A stretch of DNA of 64,000 nt, taken from assembly GCA_039683575.1 (NCBI GenBank), contig JBDKRC010000302.1, forward strand, positions 1 to 64,000, written 5' to 3'. Shown piece after piece: positions 47,641 through 57,127 of the stretch. The stretch's first letter is position 1, and every line of letters starts with the position of its first letter. The notes below the pieces were generated by a model. It was not told where the DNA came from, did no database searches, and saw only the letters and a list, made by a program, of their open reading frames with translations. This stretch comes from Armatimonadia bacterium (GTDB taxonomy: Bacteria > Armatimonadota > Zipacnadia > Zipacnadales > UBA11051). Made by a program: the position numbers and the translations under genes.

Positions 47641-49416
47641 TCACCGGAGCGTGTAGGTGTCCCAGAGCCAATCCTTACCCTCGTCCTCCGGCTTATCCTG
47701 ATCGCCTGTCATTTCCATCAGATTCTCGACGAGTTGCTCTCCCTGCGCGGTGCTTTCGCCGAGGAACTGGGCAATCTTCTGAGCCATGCTGATCTGGTGC
47801 TCAAGCAGTTCCCGTGCCTGCGAAAGCGTCTGTGCGCGGAGTGTGTCGAGCTGCTTCTGGCTGTCGTGGGTGGAGGTGATGTTGACGAAGATACCAACAT
47901 ACTGCCGCTGCTCGCGCAGGGCGTACATGATCTGGTGCGTGACCAGCTTGTAGCGGTCATGTCGCGCGGTCATCTCGATGACTTCCTCTTCACCGGAGAT
48001 GAGTCGCTCGAAGGGGTCCGGGTCCATCAGGTACGAAATCGGCTTGCCCAGGCAGGCCTCTGAACACATGAAGAACTTGCGGAAAGTGGGGTTCATCGCG
48101 ATGATCGTGAGCTTCTCATCGAGGATCACGATGCCGTTGGGACTGGTCTCCATGATGAGGTCAGAGCGCTGCTCGGCCAGGCGCTTCATGTATGGGATGC
48201 ACATCTCCGGCTCAGCCAGACCACGCAGCACCGCGATGGCTTTGTCGCGACAGGAGTTGTAGCCGCAGGCGCCGCAGTTCAGCTCATCTTCGGCGGTCAG
48301 CTTGCCGGTGAGGGCCAGGATCCGCTTTATGTCTTCCTCTCGCACCGGCTTGTCCTCATCGAGGCGGGTGGCGGAGAATGCGGCATGAAGCGGTTCAGCC
48401 TCGGTTGGGCCTCCCTCAGCCCCGGGGTGCTCTGCGGCATAGCCAAGGAGGGCCTGCCGGCGCTCGTAGACGTTGCGGTCGGCCGTCATTGCCGGGCCAT
48501 TGACGCAGCCCTGCAGACAGAAAAGCGGCTCGATGACCACCGGGCGGGGGTTGTCACGCAGACTGTCGAGTACATCACGCACCTCCTCCACACCGCTGAC
48601 GGAGATAACGTCACCGGAGGTGACATCGGTGCTGAGGGCGGAGGTGCGGATGCTGCCACCCACGACGGGGAAAAACCGCGCCTCTCCCTCTGGCTCCTGG
48701 TCAAAGTTACTCTCTTCACACGCAGCCAGGGAGATATCATCGCGCTCAAGCCATTCGGCCAGTTCACGGAAGGTGAGCACGCAATCCACGAGCCCGGCAT
48801 GCTCAGGCCGGTCCGCCTCCGCTTTCTTGGCCACGCACGGGCCGATGAAGACGACTTTGCTGTCCGGGCCCAGCTTCTCCTTTATCTGGCGGGCGTGGGC
48901 GATCATGGGGGAGACTATGGGAACGAGGGTGTCCACCAGTTCCGGCCGGTAGCGCTCGACGTAGCTGACAACGGCGGGGCAGGCGGTGCAGACGTGGGGC
49001 TTGCCGACGTGCTCGCTGACAAACTGCGCGGTAGCGACGGCGACCTGATAGGCGCCGATGGCGGTCTCGGCCACGTAAGAGAAGCCAAGCTTGCGCAGAG
49101 CCGAGGGCAGGCGCTTGCGTTCCCAGTCGGAGTAGGCGGCGGCAAAAGAGGGGGCGAGGCTGACGGCGACGGGCTTGCCGGAGGAGATAAGCCGCACGGC
49201 ACGCTCGATGTCGTTGCGGAACTGCTTGGCACCCTGTGGGCATTCGCGAATGCAGGTGCCGCAGGCGAGGCAGCGGTTTTCCTCAACGAACGCCTGCCCC
49301 TTGTGCATGGAGATGGCCTTCACCGGGCAGACGCGCACACACCGGTAGCAGTCGCGACAGCGCGCCTTATTGGTGAAAACTACCTGAGAGGGATTGTGTT
49401 GGCGGTCAGGTGCCAT
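47641..49416 (-). CDS. hydS: PAS-domain sensory [FeFe]-hydrogenase (group C, HydS-like)
   Basis: 2x[4Fe-4S] motifs; variant H-cluster motifs CTACP, GPCVAKKAE and EPLFCLQGCVNG; NCGACG..C FeS domain; PAS (SPNGIVILD..MNP). Confidence 0.85.
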   Translation of the reverse strand: MAPDRQHNPSQVVFTNKARCRDCYRCVRVCPVKAISMHKGQAFVEENRCLACGTCIRECPQGAKQFRNDIERAVRLISSGKPVAVSLAPSFAAAYSDWERKRLPSALRKLGFSYVAETAIGAYQVAVATAQFVSEHVGKPHVCTACPAVVSYVERYRPELVDTLVPIVSPMIAHARQIKEKLGPDSKVVFIGPCVAKKAEADRPEHAGLVDCVLTFRELAEWLERDDISLAACEESNFDQEPEGEARFFPVVGGSIRTSALSTDVTSGDVISVSGVEEVRDVLDSLRDNPRPVVIEPLFCLQGCVNGPAMTADRNVYERRQALLGYAAEHPGAEGGPTEAEPLHAAFSATRLDEDKPVREEDIKRILALTGKLTAEDELNCGACGYNSCRDKAIAVLRGLAEPEMCIPYMKRLAEQRSDLIMETSPNGIVILDEKLTIIAMNPTFRKFFMCSEACLGKPISYLMDPDPFERLISGEEEVIEMTARHDRYKLVTHQIMYALREQRQYVGIFVNITSTHDSQKQLDTLRAQTLSQARELLEHQISMAQKIAQFLGESTAQGEQLVENLMEMTGDQDKPEDEGKDWLWDTYTLR

Positions 49417-49440
49417 GATGGTTGGACTATCATCCAGGAC

Positions 49441-49509
49441 GCGTAGGCGGATTCATCCCTGAGCCCGCGCCGTTGCGGGGGCGTCGGTTCGAGACGAACC
49501 GACCTACGC
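49441..49509. repeat. GTAG-type REP (minus strand) with degenerate partner
   Basis: Minus strand GCGTAGGTCGGTTC-GTCTC-GAACCGAC (49483-49509); GCGTAGG at 49441 complements CCTACGC. Confidence 0.65.
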
Positions 49510-49533
49510 GCCTGTTACATTGTTATTGTTAGA

Positions 49534-51543
49534 CTACGCCGTGACCTTGGCGAGTTCCTCCTTGACGACACTCATGACCTTTTCCAGGTCCGTGCGCTCC
49601 AGGATTTGCTCCCCAACGCGGGCCACTGGGCCGCGGTCGCAGCGTTCGAAGCAGAAGGTGGCCTTAACGTCCACCGTGTCGGCCAGCCCCTCGTCCTCCA
49701 GGCGATGGATGAGCGCCCGCAGGAGGTCCTGGCTGCCGCGCAGATAGCAGCTTGTGCCGACGCAGACATTGACCTGCAGCTTATGTTGCTGTCCGCTCAC
49801 CAGTTCCAGATTCTCGTCGGTGATGCGGCGGCGGCTGTGGTAACCGGTGTGCAGCAGTTCGTGAGCCTTGTGGCCACCGACCTCGCCCAGCGTGGTCTTG
49901 TAGGCTTCCTGAACATAGGGGTTCTCCTGCGCCTTGTGCAGTTGCAGGGTCTTGTCGGCCTCGTACAGGCCCGCGGCGCGCCGCTTCTTGACGTCCGGCT
50001 CGAAGGACACTGGCTGTCCCGCGCCGCCGATGCAGCCACCGGGGCAGGCCATGACCTCGATCAGGTCATAATTGATCTCGCCGGCCTTGATCTTCTCGGC
50101 CACCGCGCGGGCGTTGGCGAGACCATTCACTATCGCGATGCGGATTTCCTTGTCATTGACCGTCACGCTCGCCTCGCGCAGGCCCTCCATCCCGCGGACT
50201 TCGTGGAAGTCCACGGCGTCGAGCTTGACTCCGCCCAGCTTCTCAGCGGCGAGACGCAGGACGGCTTCAGTGACACCACCGGAGACCCCGAAGATGACGC
50301 CAGCGCCGGTCTTGAAACCAAGCGGCAGGTCGAGTGACTCGGGTTGGAGGCGGTTGAACTTCAGGCCTGCCTCATCGATCATGTGGGCTAGTTCCTGGGT
50401 CGTGAGGACATAGTCCACGTCGCGCACGCCCTCGTGCTCGAACTCAGACCGCTTCGCCTCGAATTTCTTGGCGGTGCAGGGCATGATCGAGACGATGACG
50501 AGGTTCTCGTTAGAGACCCCGAGTTGGGCAGGAAGCACTTCACGGCCGATTGAGCCGAACATCTGCTGAGGCGACTTGCAGGACGACAGGTTGGGCAGCA
50601 GCTCAGGATAGTACTGCTCGGCGAACTTGACCCAGCCGGGGCAGCAGGACGTGAACTGTGGCAGGCGCTCCCCACGCTCGACGCGCTGCAGGAACTCCGC
50701 GCCCTCCTCGATCACAGTCAGGTCAGCCGCGAAACAGGTATCGAAGACCTTGTCAAAACCGATGGCCTTGAGGGCGGCCACGATCTGCCCGGTGGTGACA
50801 ACCCCTGGCTCAAGCCCGAAGGCCTCGCCAAGCGCCACTCGGACGGCCGGCGCGATCTGGGCTACGACCTTCTTGTCCGGATTGTGCAGCACCTGCCAGA
50901 CTTCCTCAACGTCCGACTTGGGCGTGATGGCGCCGGTGGGGCAGACGCTGGCACACTGGCCGCAGTTGACGCACTCGACCTGCGCGAGGTCCTTGTCAAA
51001 GGCAGGGGCTACCTGCACATCGGCACCGCGGTGGGTGAAGTCAATCGCTCCGATGCCCTGAACCTCAGAGCACATCCGCACGCAGTCACCGCAAAGGACG
51101 CACTTGTTCGGATCGCGCACCAGCGAAGGCGACGACGTGTCCAGTGCGGAGGGCTTCAGCGAGGGCTTAAAGCGCACCTCGCTCACGCCGAGACGCCGGG
51201 AGATGCTCTGCAGCTTGCAGCTTCCACTCTTGGGGCAAGTAGCGCACTGCTGTTCGTGATTGGCCAGCAAGAGCTCAACCGCGATCTTGCGGATCTCACG
51301 GATCTTCTCGGTATTGGTCTTCACCTTCATGCCGGGCTCCGGGGCAGTCGAGCAGGAGGTGACGATGCCTCGACCCTCGATCTCCACCAGACAGAGCCGG
51401 CAGGCGCCGTAGACGCTCAAGTCGGAGTGGTAGCAGAAGGTGGGTATCTCTATGTTGGCCTTGCGGGCGAGTTCGAGAATATTGGGTTCACCCTCGATGG
51501 GTACTTCGCGCCCGTCTATGGTAACAAAATCGCCGTTTATCAT
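49534..51543 (-). CDS. hydA: [FeFe]-hydrogenase catalytic subunit (group A3) with C-terminal thioredoxin-like [2Fe-2S] domain
   Basis: FTSCCPGW, MPCTAKKFE and EVMACPGGCIGG; N-terminal FeS clusters; C-terminal VCVGTSC..CFERC. Confidence 0.95.
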   Translation of the reverse strand: MINGDFVTIDGREVPIEGEPNILELARKANIEIPTFCYHSDLSVYGACRLCLVEIEGRGIVTSCSTAPEPGMKVKTNTEKIREIRKIAVELLLANHEQQCATCPKSGSCKLQSISRRLGVSEVRFKPSLKPSALDTSSPSLVRDPNKCVLCGDCVRMCSEVQGIGAIDFTHRGADVQVAPAFDKDLAQVECVNCGQCASVCPTGAITPKSDVEEVWQVLHNPDKKVVAQIAPAVRVALGEAFGLEPGVVTTGQIVAALKAIGFDKVFDTCFAADLTVIEEGAEFLQRVERGERLPQFTSCCPGWVKFAEQYYPELLPNLSSCKSPQQMFGSIGREVLPAQLGVSNENLVIVSIMPCTAKKFEAKRSEFEHEGVRDVDYVLTTQELAHMIDEAGLKFNRLQPESLDLPLGFKTGAGVIFGVSGGVTEAVLRLAAEKLGGVKLDAVDFHEVRGMEGLREASVTVNDKEIRIAIVNGLANARAVAEKIKAGEINYDLIEVMACPGGCIGGAGQPVSFEPDVKKRRAAGLYEADKTLQLHKAQENPYVQEAYKTTLGEVGGHKAHELLHTGYHSRRRITDENLELVSGQQHKLQVNVCVGTSCYLRGSQDLLRALIHRLEDEGLADTVDVKATFCFERCDRGPVARVGEQILERTDLEKVMSVVKEELAKVTA

Positions 51544-51565
51544 TGCCTTGCTCCGTGTTGTTCGG

Positions 51566-51661
51566 TCGGAGGGGCCGAGCTTTAGCCGGCCCTGTCGTTA
51601 TCTGCGATACGCTTCATGTTCGCCATCCACCCCAGGGCCGGCTGAAGCTCGGCCCCTCCGA
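51566..51661. repeat. 29-bp inverted repeat pair (REPIN-like)
   Basis: TCGGAGGGGCCGAGCTTTAGCCGGCCCTG ... CAGGGCCGGCTGAAGCTCGGCCCCTCCGA; one mismatch, 38-bp spacer. Confidence 0.85.
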
Positions 51662-51672
51662 AGACCCCCGAG

Positions 51673-53586
51673 CTAGCCGACCCCGCTCACTGCGCCGAAC
51701 TTGCAGCTTCTGGCGCACTCGCCGCACTTGATGCATAGCTCTTCATTGATGGTGTGCGGGCCCTTCTTCTCGCCAGTGATGGCGTTAACGGGGCACTTGC
51801 GCGCACACAGACCGCAACCCTTGCACTTCTCGGGGTCGATCATCGGTGCGACGAGGGCGCTGCACTGCCCCGCGGGACAGCGCTTCTGGAAGACATGCGC
51901 CTCATACTCGGGCCTGAAGTAACGCAGCGTCGAGAGCACCGGGTTGGGCGCTGTCTTGCCCAGGCCGCACAGCGAGCCGATCTGCACCGCGCCCGCGAGT
52001 TTCTCGAGCAGTTCCAGCGTTCCCGCGTCCGCGCGGCCGTTGATGATGTCATCGAGCAGCGCCAGCATCTGCTTGGTGCCCTCGCGGCACAGCACGCACT
52101 TGCCGCAGCTCTCATTCTGGGTGAACCGCATGAAGTAATGCGCAATGTTGACCATGCAGGTCTGCTTGTTCATTACCACGAGCCCGCCGGACCCGACCAT
52201 GGCGCCGACGCCCCGGAGGCTATCGAAGTCCAGCGGTAGGTCCAGGTGCTCTTCGGTGAGACAGCCACCCGACGGACCGCCGATCTGGACGGCCTTGAAG
52301 GGCTCCCCGGTGATGCGGCCCTGCGCGTCAATCACGCCGCCGCCGATGTTGTATACAATCTCCCGCAGCGTCGTCCCGAAGGGGACCTCAATCAGACCGG
52401 TGTTGGCCACATGGCCAGTGAGGGCGAAAGTCTTGGTGCCGGGCGACTTCTCAGTGCCACGCCGCCGGAACTCTGCCGCTCCCATGCGCATGATCAGCGG
52501 CACGGTTGCGAGGGTCTCGACGTTGTTGATGACCGTCGGCTGGCCGCAGAGGCCCTTTTGGGCCGGGAACGGCGGCTTGGGGGTCGGCATGCCGCGCTTG
52601 CCCTCGATGGAAGCGATCAGCGCGGTCTCTTCACCGCATACGAACGCGCCGGCTCCCTCCATGACCTGCAACTTGAGGTTGTGGCCGGACCCGAAGATGT
52701 CCTCGCCGAGGACTCCCATGGCCTCGGCGTCGGCAATGGCCTTACGAACGCGATGTACGGCCAGAGGATACTCGGCGCGGACGTAGACATAGCCCTCATC
52801 CGCCTCAATGCCACGGGCGGCGATCATCATGCCCTCTAGCACGCTATGGGGGTTGCCCTCCATGACGCTGCGGTCCATGAACGCCCCGGGGTCGCCCTCG
52901 TCACCGTTGCAGATGACGTACTTCTTATCGCTCTTGTTGGCGAGGGTCAGTTGCCACTTCTTGCCAGTGGGGAAGCCACCGCCTCCACGTCCCCGCAATC
53001 CAGACACCAGGACTTCCTCGCACACGGCCGCCGGTGTCAGTTCCATGAAGGCCCGTCGGGCCGCTTCATAGCCGCCGTGGCCGATGTACTCGCGGATATC
53101 TTCCGGGTCAATGGCCCCGCATTCGGCCAGCACCGTCCGCGACTGCCGCTGGTAGAAGGGGATCTGGCCGGTGCCCTTGCAGTGGGTACCCTTCACCGGG
53201 TCCACGTACAGCAGCCGGTCCACGACTTCCCCGCCCTGCAGCGTCGTGCGGATGATCTCTTCCACGTCATCAGGCTTCACGCGCGTGTAGAGAATGTTAT
53301 CGGGTAGAACTGTGACTAGCGGGCCCATCTGGCAAAAGCCCTGACAGCCGCTTTCGGAAACGAGAACCTCGCCCGCCGCGCCCTGCCCATCCTCATAGCG
53401 CAGCTCCGTGGTCACCGGCAGCCCCGCCTGCGCGATCTGCGCGAGGAAGGCCTCGTGTACCTTGAGAGAGCCACTGGCGACGCAGCCGGTGCCAGCGCAG
53501 ATGATCACACGGCGCTCCGTGGCCTCTATCGCCTGTTCGTAGTGCTTCTGGATATCCTGCAAATTCACTGTGGCCTGGGTAGTCAC
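51673..53586 (-). CDS. hydB: NADH-binding flavoprotein subunit of bifurcating hydrogenase (NuoF-like)
   Basis: GLRGRGGGGFPTG, NGDEGDPGAFMDR, GAGAFVCGEETAL, ESCGKC..C and C-terminal 2x[4Fe-4S]. Confidence 0.95.
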   Translation of the reverse strand: MTTQATVNLQDIQKHYEQAIEATERRVIICAGTGCVASGSLKVHEAFLAQIAQAGLPVTTELRYEDGQGAAGEVLVSESGCQGFCQMGPLVTVLPDNILYTRVKPDDVEEIIRTTLQGGEVVDRLLYVDPVKGTHCKGTGQIPFYQRQSRTVLAECGAIDPEDIREYIGHGGYEAARRAFMELTPAAVCEEVLVSGLRGRGGGGFPTGKKWQLTLANKSDKKYVICNGDEGDPGAFMDRSVMEGNPHSVLEGMMIAARGIEADEGYVYVRAEYPLAVHRVRKAIADAEAMGVLGEDIFGSGHNLKLQVMEGAGAFVCGEETALIASIEGKRGMPTPKPPFPAQKGLCGQPTVINNVETLATVPLIMRMGAAEFRRRGTEKSPGTKTFALTGHVANTGLIEVPFGTTLREIVYNIGGGVIDAQGRITGEPFKAVQIGGPSGGCLTEEHLDLPLDFDSLRGVGAMVGSGGLVVMNKQTCMVNIAHYFMRFTQNESCGKCVLCREGTKQMLALLDDIINGRADAGTLELLEKLAGAVQIGSLCGLGKTAPNPVLSTLRYFRPEYEAHVFQKRCPAGQCSALVAPMIDPEKCKGCGLCARKCPVNAITGEKKGPHTINEELCIKCGECARSCKFGAVSGVG

Positions 53587-54098
53587 TTGGTCTCCTTACC
53601 CTCCTCGCGACTGATGATCTCCTCGATGACGGCGAGCGCCTTGTCGGGGTCCATCAGCCCGTGAACATCGTCATTTACAACCATTACCGGGGCAAGCCCA
53701 CATGCGCCGAGACAGGCAACAGTCTCGACCGTGAAGAGCATGTCCCGCGTCGTCTTGCGGTTGGCGTCCAGCCCCAGCCGCCGCCTTACGGCGTCCAGAA
53801 TGGGGACCGAGCCGCGGACATGGCACGCGGTGCCGTCGCACATGCGGACGACGTACTTACCCTTGGGCTCCAGCGAGAAGTGAGCGTAGAACGTAGCTAC
53901 GCCGAACACGCGCGCCGGGGGGAGGCCGATGGACGTAGCCACATAGGTCAGCACTTCCTCGGGCAGGTAACGGTACTCGTCCTGCACGGCCTGCAGAATG
54001 GGGATGAGTTTCTGCGGGTCGCGGTCATACCGGTCAATGATCTCACAAACCTTTTCGAACTTGCGTACCTCGCAAGTCGCCTTCTCTGCGGCGGCCAT
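53583..54098 (-). CDS. hydC: [2Fe-2S] subunit of bifurcating hydrogenase (NuoE-like)
   Basis: CDGTACH and CLGACGLAP motifs; GGAGG before ATG 54098; overlaps the hydB start. Confidence 0.95.
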   Translation of the reverse strand: MAAAEKATCEVRKFEKVCEIIDRYDRDPQKLIPILQAVQDEYRYLPEEVLTYVATSIGLPPARVFGVATFYAHFSLEPKGKYVVRMCDGTACHVRGSVPILDAVRRRLGLDANRKTTRDMLFTVETVACLGACGLAPVMVVNDDVHGLMDPDKALAVIEEIISREEGKETK

Positions 54099-54132
54099 CG
54101 GTGATGCCTCCATAGTGGTACGTAACTCGAAC

Positions 54133-54789
54133 CTATTTCTGCTCTTCGCGGCGTACGGCGTCGGCCAGCTTGCTCGAAAGCACCGCAAGACTGCTCGCCA
54201 ACTGCTGATTCTCTACTATGACGCTCGACGGGACCTTAAGGGACGCCGGCGCGAAGTTCCAAATCGCCTTGATTCCGCCGTCGACCATCAGATCGGCCAC
54301 CTGTTGAGCAGCGGCGGCTGGTGTGGTGATGATGCCGAGGTGGATGTGCATGCGCTGGGCGAGGTTGGATAGCTTCGACAGCGGCAGCACCTGCTTGCCA
54401 TGCAGCTTCTGGCCAACCTTCCCCTCATCCACGTCAAAGGCGGCGATGATGTTCAGGCCGTGCTCTTTGAAGCCCTCATAGCCCAGCAAAGCGGTTCCGA
54501 GACTGCCCGCCCCGACCAGAAAAGCCTCTGTGACATTGTCCCATCCCAGAAACTGCTTGATCGCCTCGATCAGCGATGGCACCTCATAACCGACTTTGGG
54601 CTTGCCGGTGATGCCGGTGACGGCCAGATCCTTCCGAACCTGGGTGGGATCGAGCCCGAATTCATGGGCTATGTGGGTGCAAGAGACGAGCGCCCGCCCC
54701 TCGTGGGCCAGCTCGGTCAGGAAGCGGTAGTATGATGGCAAGCGGCGTAGGGTCGGTTCGGGAGCGGCTTTGCTAACCTCGTTTCCCAT
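54133..54789 (-). CDS. rex: Redox-sensing transcriptional repressor Rex
   Basis: TLRRLPSY, QVRKDL..GKPKVGY, VGAGSLGTAL and IWNFAP motifs. Confidence 0.95.
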   Translation of the reverse strand: MGNEVSKAAPEPTLRRLPSYYRFLTELAHEGRALVSCTHIAHEFGLDPTQVRKDLAVTGITGKPKVGYEVPSLIEAIKQFLGWDNVTEAFLVGAGSLGTALLGYEGFKEHGLNIIAAFDVDEGKVGQKLHGKQVLPLSKLSNLAQRMHIHLGIITTPAAAAQQVADLMVDGGIKAIWNFAPASLKVPSSVIVENQQLASSLAVLSSKLADAVRREEQK

Positions 54790-54847
54790 AGCGACGGACT
54801 CCTTCGACACCAATCGAGAAATATCTATCGAGAAGATTGTCGCGATT

Positions 54848-54877
54848 ATCATACCGCGCCATGGGGTGGTGTGTCAA
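54848..54877 (-). promoter_or_regulatory. Sigma70 promoter of the rex-hyd operon
   Basis: Minus strand TTGACA (54877-54872), 18-bp spacer, TATGAT (54853-54848). Confidence 0.65.
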
Positions 54878-54882
54878 TCCCT

Positions 54883-54902
54883 TTAGAGAAGTTTTTCTCT
54901 AA
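54883..54902. promoter_or_regulatory. Perfect 8-4-8 palindrome; candidate variant Rex operator
   Basis: TTAGAGAA-GTTT-TTCTCTAA, 5 bp upstream of the -35 box. Confidence 0.6.
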
Positions 54903-54969
54903 TATTTTCCGAGTGTGTGACGCAGCGGCCAAAGGAGGCATCCGCGGTGCAAAAAGAGAAGCAAAGACC

Positions 54970-55641
54970 ATGCTCAAACTCGCTCTTTTTGATCTCGCCG
55001 GCACCACTTTGCTCGACAACGACCTCATGGAGGGCGCTTTCCTGCGCGTCTTTCATGCCCGGAACATGCCCGTCCACGCTGAGGAAATACTACCCTTCCG
55101 TGGCTCAGCCAAGAGGCCGATTGCCGAGACCATGGTAAGCCGCTATCGCCCCGAGGGCGGTGAGGAGCTCATCAGCGAGATCATGCACGGGTTTGAGCAG
55201 GGGCTGGAAGAGGGCCTGCGCGCCTCCGGACAGAGCATTCCGGGGACGGAGGAGACGTTTCGGTGGCTCCGAGAGCGGGGGATCAAGATCGGTGTGACGA
55301 CGGGGTTCAGCCGCAAGATCAAGGACATCGTCATGGAGATGCTGGGGTGGGATGAGCGGCTGGTCGATGTGACCGCCTGCAGCGACGAAGTCCCCGAGAG
55401 CCGCCCCGCCCCGTGGATGATTTTTGAGGCGATGCGACGTGCGGATGTCTACCCACCGTCAGCGGTTATGACCGTGGGCGACACGCCGCGAGACCTGCAA
55501 GCCGGCACCAACGCAGGTTGCGGTTTCGTGGTGGGTGTCCTGAGTGGCAGCGGCACGGTCGAGACCCTGGGACGAGAACGCCACACTCACCTGCTGGGGA
55601 GTGTGGCGGAGATTCCGGCGATGTTGGAGCGATACCTCTGA
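54970..55641 (+). CDS. HAD-family hydrolase (phosphonatase-like)
   Basis: FDLAGT, TTGF, RPAPWMI and VGDTPRD motifs. Confidence 0.88.
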   Translation: MLKLALFDLAGTTLLDNDLMEGAFLRVFHARNMPVHAEEILPFRGSAKRPIAETMVSRYRPEGGEELISEIMHGFEQGLEEGLRASGQSIPGTEETFRWLRERGIKIGVTTGFSRKIKDIVMEMLGWDERLVDVTACSDEVPESRPAPWMIFEAMRRADVYPPSAVMTVGDTPRDLQAGTNAGCGFVVGVLSGSGTVETLGRERHTHLLGSVAEIPAMLERYL

Positions 55642-57012
55642 TCACCAGGGATTGGCCAAATCCCCAACGTCCTTCCGCAACGCCTTGAGACGTCCCTGTA
55701 GCTCATTCACCACTCCGGCATACTCCGGCTGGCCGTACACGTTGTTCAACTCCAGCGGGTCCTTCTCCAGGTCAAACAGCTCCCACTCCTGCGGCCCCGG
55801 CACTGGCTCATAGTAGTAGATCAACTTATATCGCTGGCTGCGCAGGCCGTAGTGGGCATACACTCCGTGGCTCCCGTCGCAGTGCATGAAGTAGCGGTAG
55901 TAGAAGTCCTGCCGCCAGTCGTCCGGCGTCTGGCCCTGCCACAGCGGTCGGATGCTGCGGCCATCCATGTGCTCCGGCGTCGACAAGCCCGCGCAATCGA
56001 GGAAGGTCGGCGCGAAGTCATTGTTGATGGCGATGTCGCGGTTGACGCTGCCCGGGGCGATCTCACGCGGATAGCGCACCACGAACGGCATCCGCAGCGA
56101 CTCTTCATACATGAACCGCTTGTCATACCAGCCGTGGTCGCCCAGGAAGAACCCCTGGTCCGAGGTGTAGATCACGATGGTGTTGTCCGTTAGCCCCGTC
56201 TCGTCCAGATAGTCTAGCAGCGTCCCCACGCTCTCATCCACTGCCGCCACGCAGCGCAGGTAGTCCTTGATGTACCGCTGGTACTTCCACTGCTTCAGCG
56301 CGTGCCCCTCAAGGCCTGGCGGAGGCGGCTCCTTGGTGTCGGCATCCTCAAGGTCCCGATCAATGCGCATCTTGGCCATCTTGGCGGCCTGAGACCGCGT
56401 CTCGTAGTCGTCATCGAAGGTCGGCGGCTCGGGCACATCGTCCTCAAACATCCCCATGTGGCGCTCGTGCGGCTGCCAGCGGCGGTGCGGCGCCTTGTGG
56501 TGGCACATCAGGCAGAACGGACGCTCCGCGTCACGTCCTCGCAGCCATTCAAGGCTCAGGTCGGTGATAATGTCGGTCACATACCCGTTGTAGACCTTGC
56601 GGTCACCCATCTCGATCATATCGGGATTGTGATACAGGCCCTGTCCGGGGAGTACGTTCCAGTAGTCAAACCCCGTCGGGTCGCTCACGCCACCGTGGCC
56701 GAGGTGCCACTTGCCAATTATCGCTGTCTGGTACCCGGACTGTTGTAGAAGCTGCGGGAAAGTGACCTGCCGCCCGTCGAAATCGTCGTCCAGCGTCTTC
56801 ACGCCGTTGATATGGCTATAGGTGCCGGCCAGGATCGTGGCCCGGCTGGGCGCACAGATCGAGTTGGTGCAAAAGCAGTTGTCAAACCGCACGCCCTCGT
56901 TGGCAATGCGGTCCATGTTCGGTGTCTGGTTGATGCGGCTGCCATAGCAACTCATGGCATGGGCGGCGTGATCGTCGCTCATGATGTAGAGGATGTTTGG
57001 TCGGTCACTCAT
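55642..57012 (-). CDS. Sulfatase (Cys-type, formylglycine-dependent)
   Basis: PNILYIMSDDH, CAPSRA, GKWHLG and SDQG..HGWYDKR motifs. Confidence 0.95.
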   Translation of the reverse strand: MSDRPNILYIMSDDHAAHAMSCYGSRINQTPNMDRIANEGVRFDNCFCTNSICAPSRATILAGTYSHINGVKTLDDDFDGRQVTFPQLLQQSGYQTAIIGKWHLGHGGVSDPTGFDYWNVLPGQGLYHNPDMIEMGDRKVYNGYVTDIITDLSLEWLRGRDAERPFCLMCHHKAPHRRWQPHERHMGMFEDDVPEPPTFDDDYETRSQAAKMAKMRIDRDLEDADTKEPPPPGLEGHALKQWKYQRYIKDYLRCVAAVDESVGTLLDYLDETGLTDNTIVIYTSDQGFFLGDHGWYDKRFMYEESLRMPFVVRYPREIAPGSVNRDIAINNDFAPTFLDCAGLSTPEHMDGRSIRPLWQGQTPDDWRQDFYYRYFMHCDGSHGVYAHYGLRSQRYKLIYYYEPVPGPQEWELFDLEKDPLELNNVYGQPEYAGVVNELQGRLKALRKDVGDLANPW

Positions 57013-57127
57013 CGTGAAGCTCCGTTCGTGGACTCTTACCATTGGTTTCGCCGCCGGACAGGCAGGAGCCTACCTTCAGAGAGCGAAAAGTGTCAAGGTT
57101 ACCAATTTCCATGCGTAGGGATTGCTC

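Noticed and set aside
49511-49533. dif site
   Set aside because: Only about 7/11 match to the XerD arm and no XerC arm.
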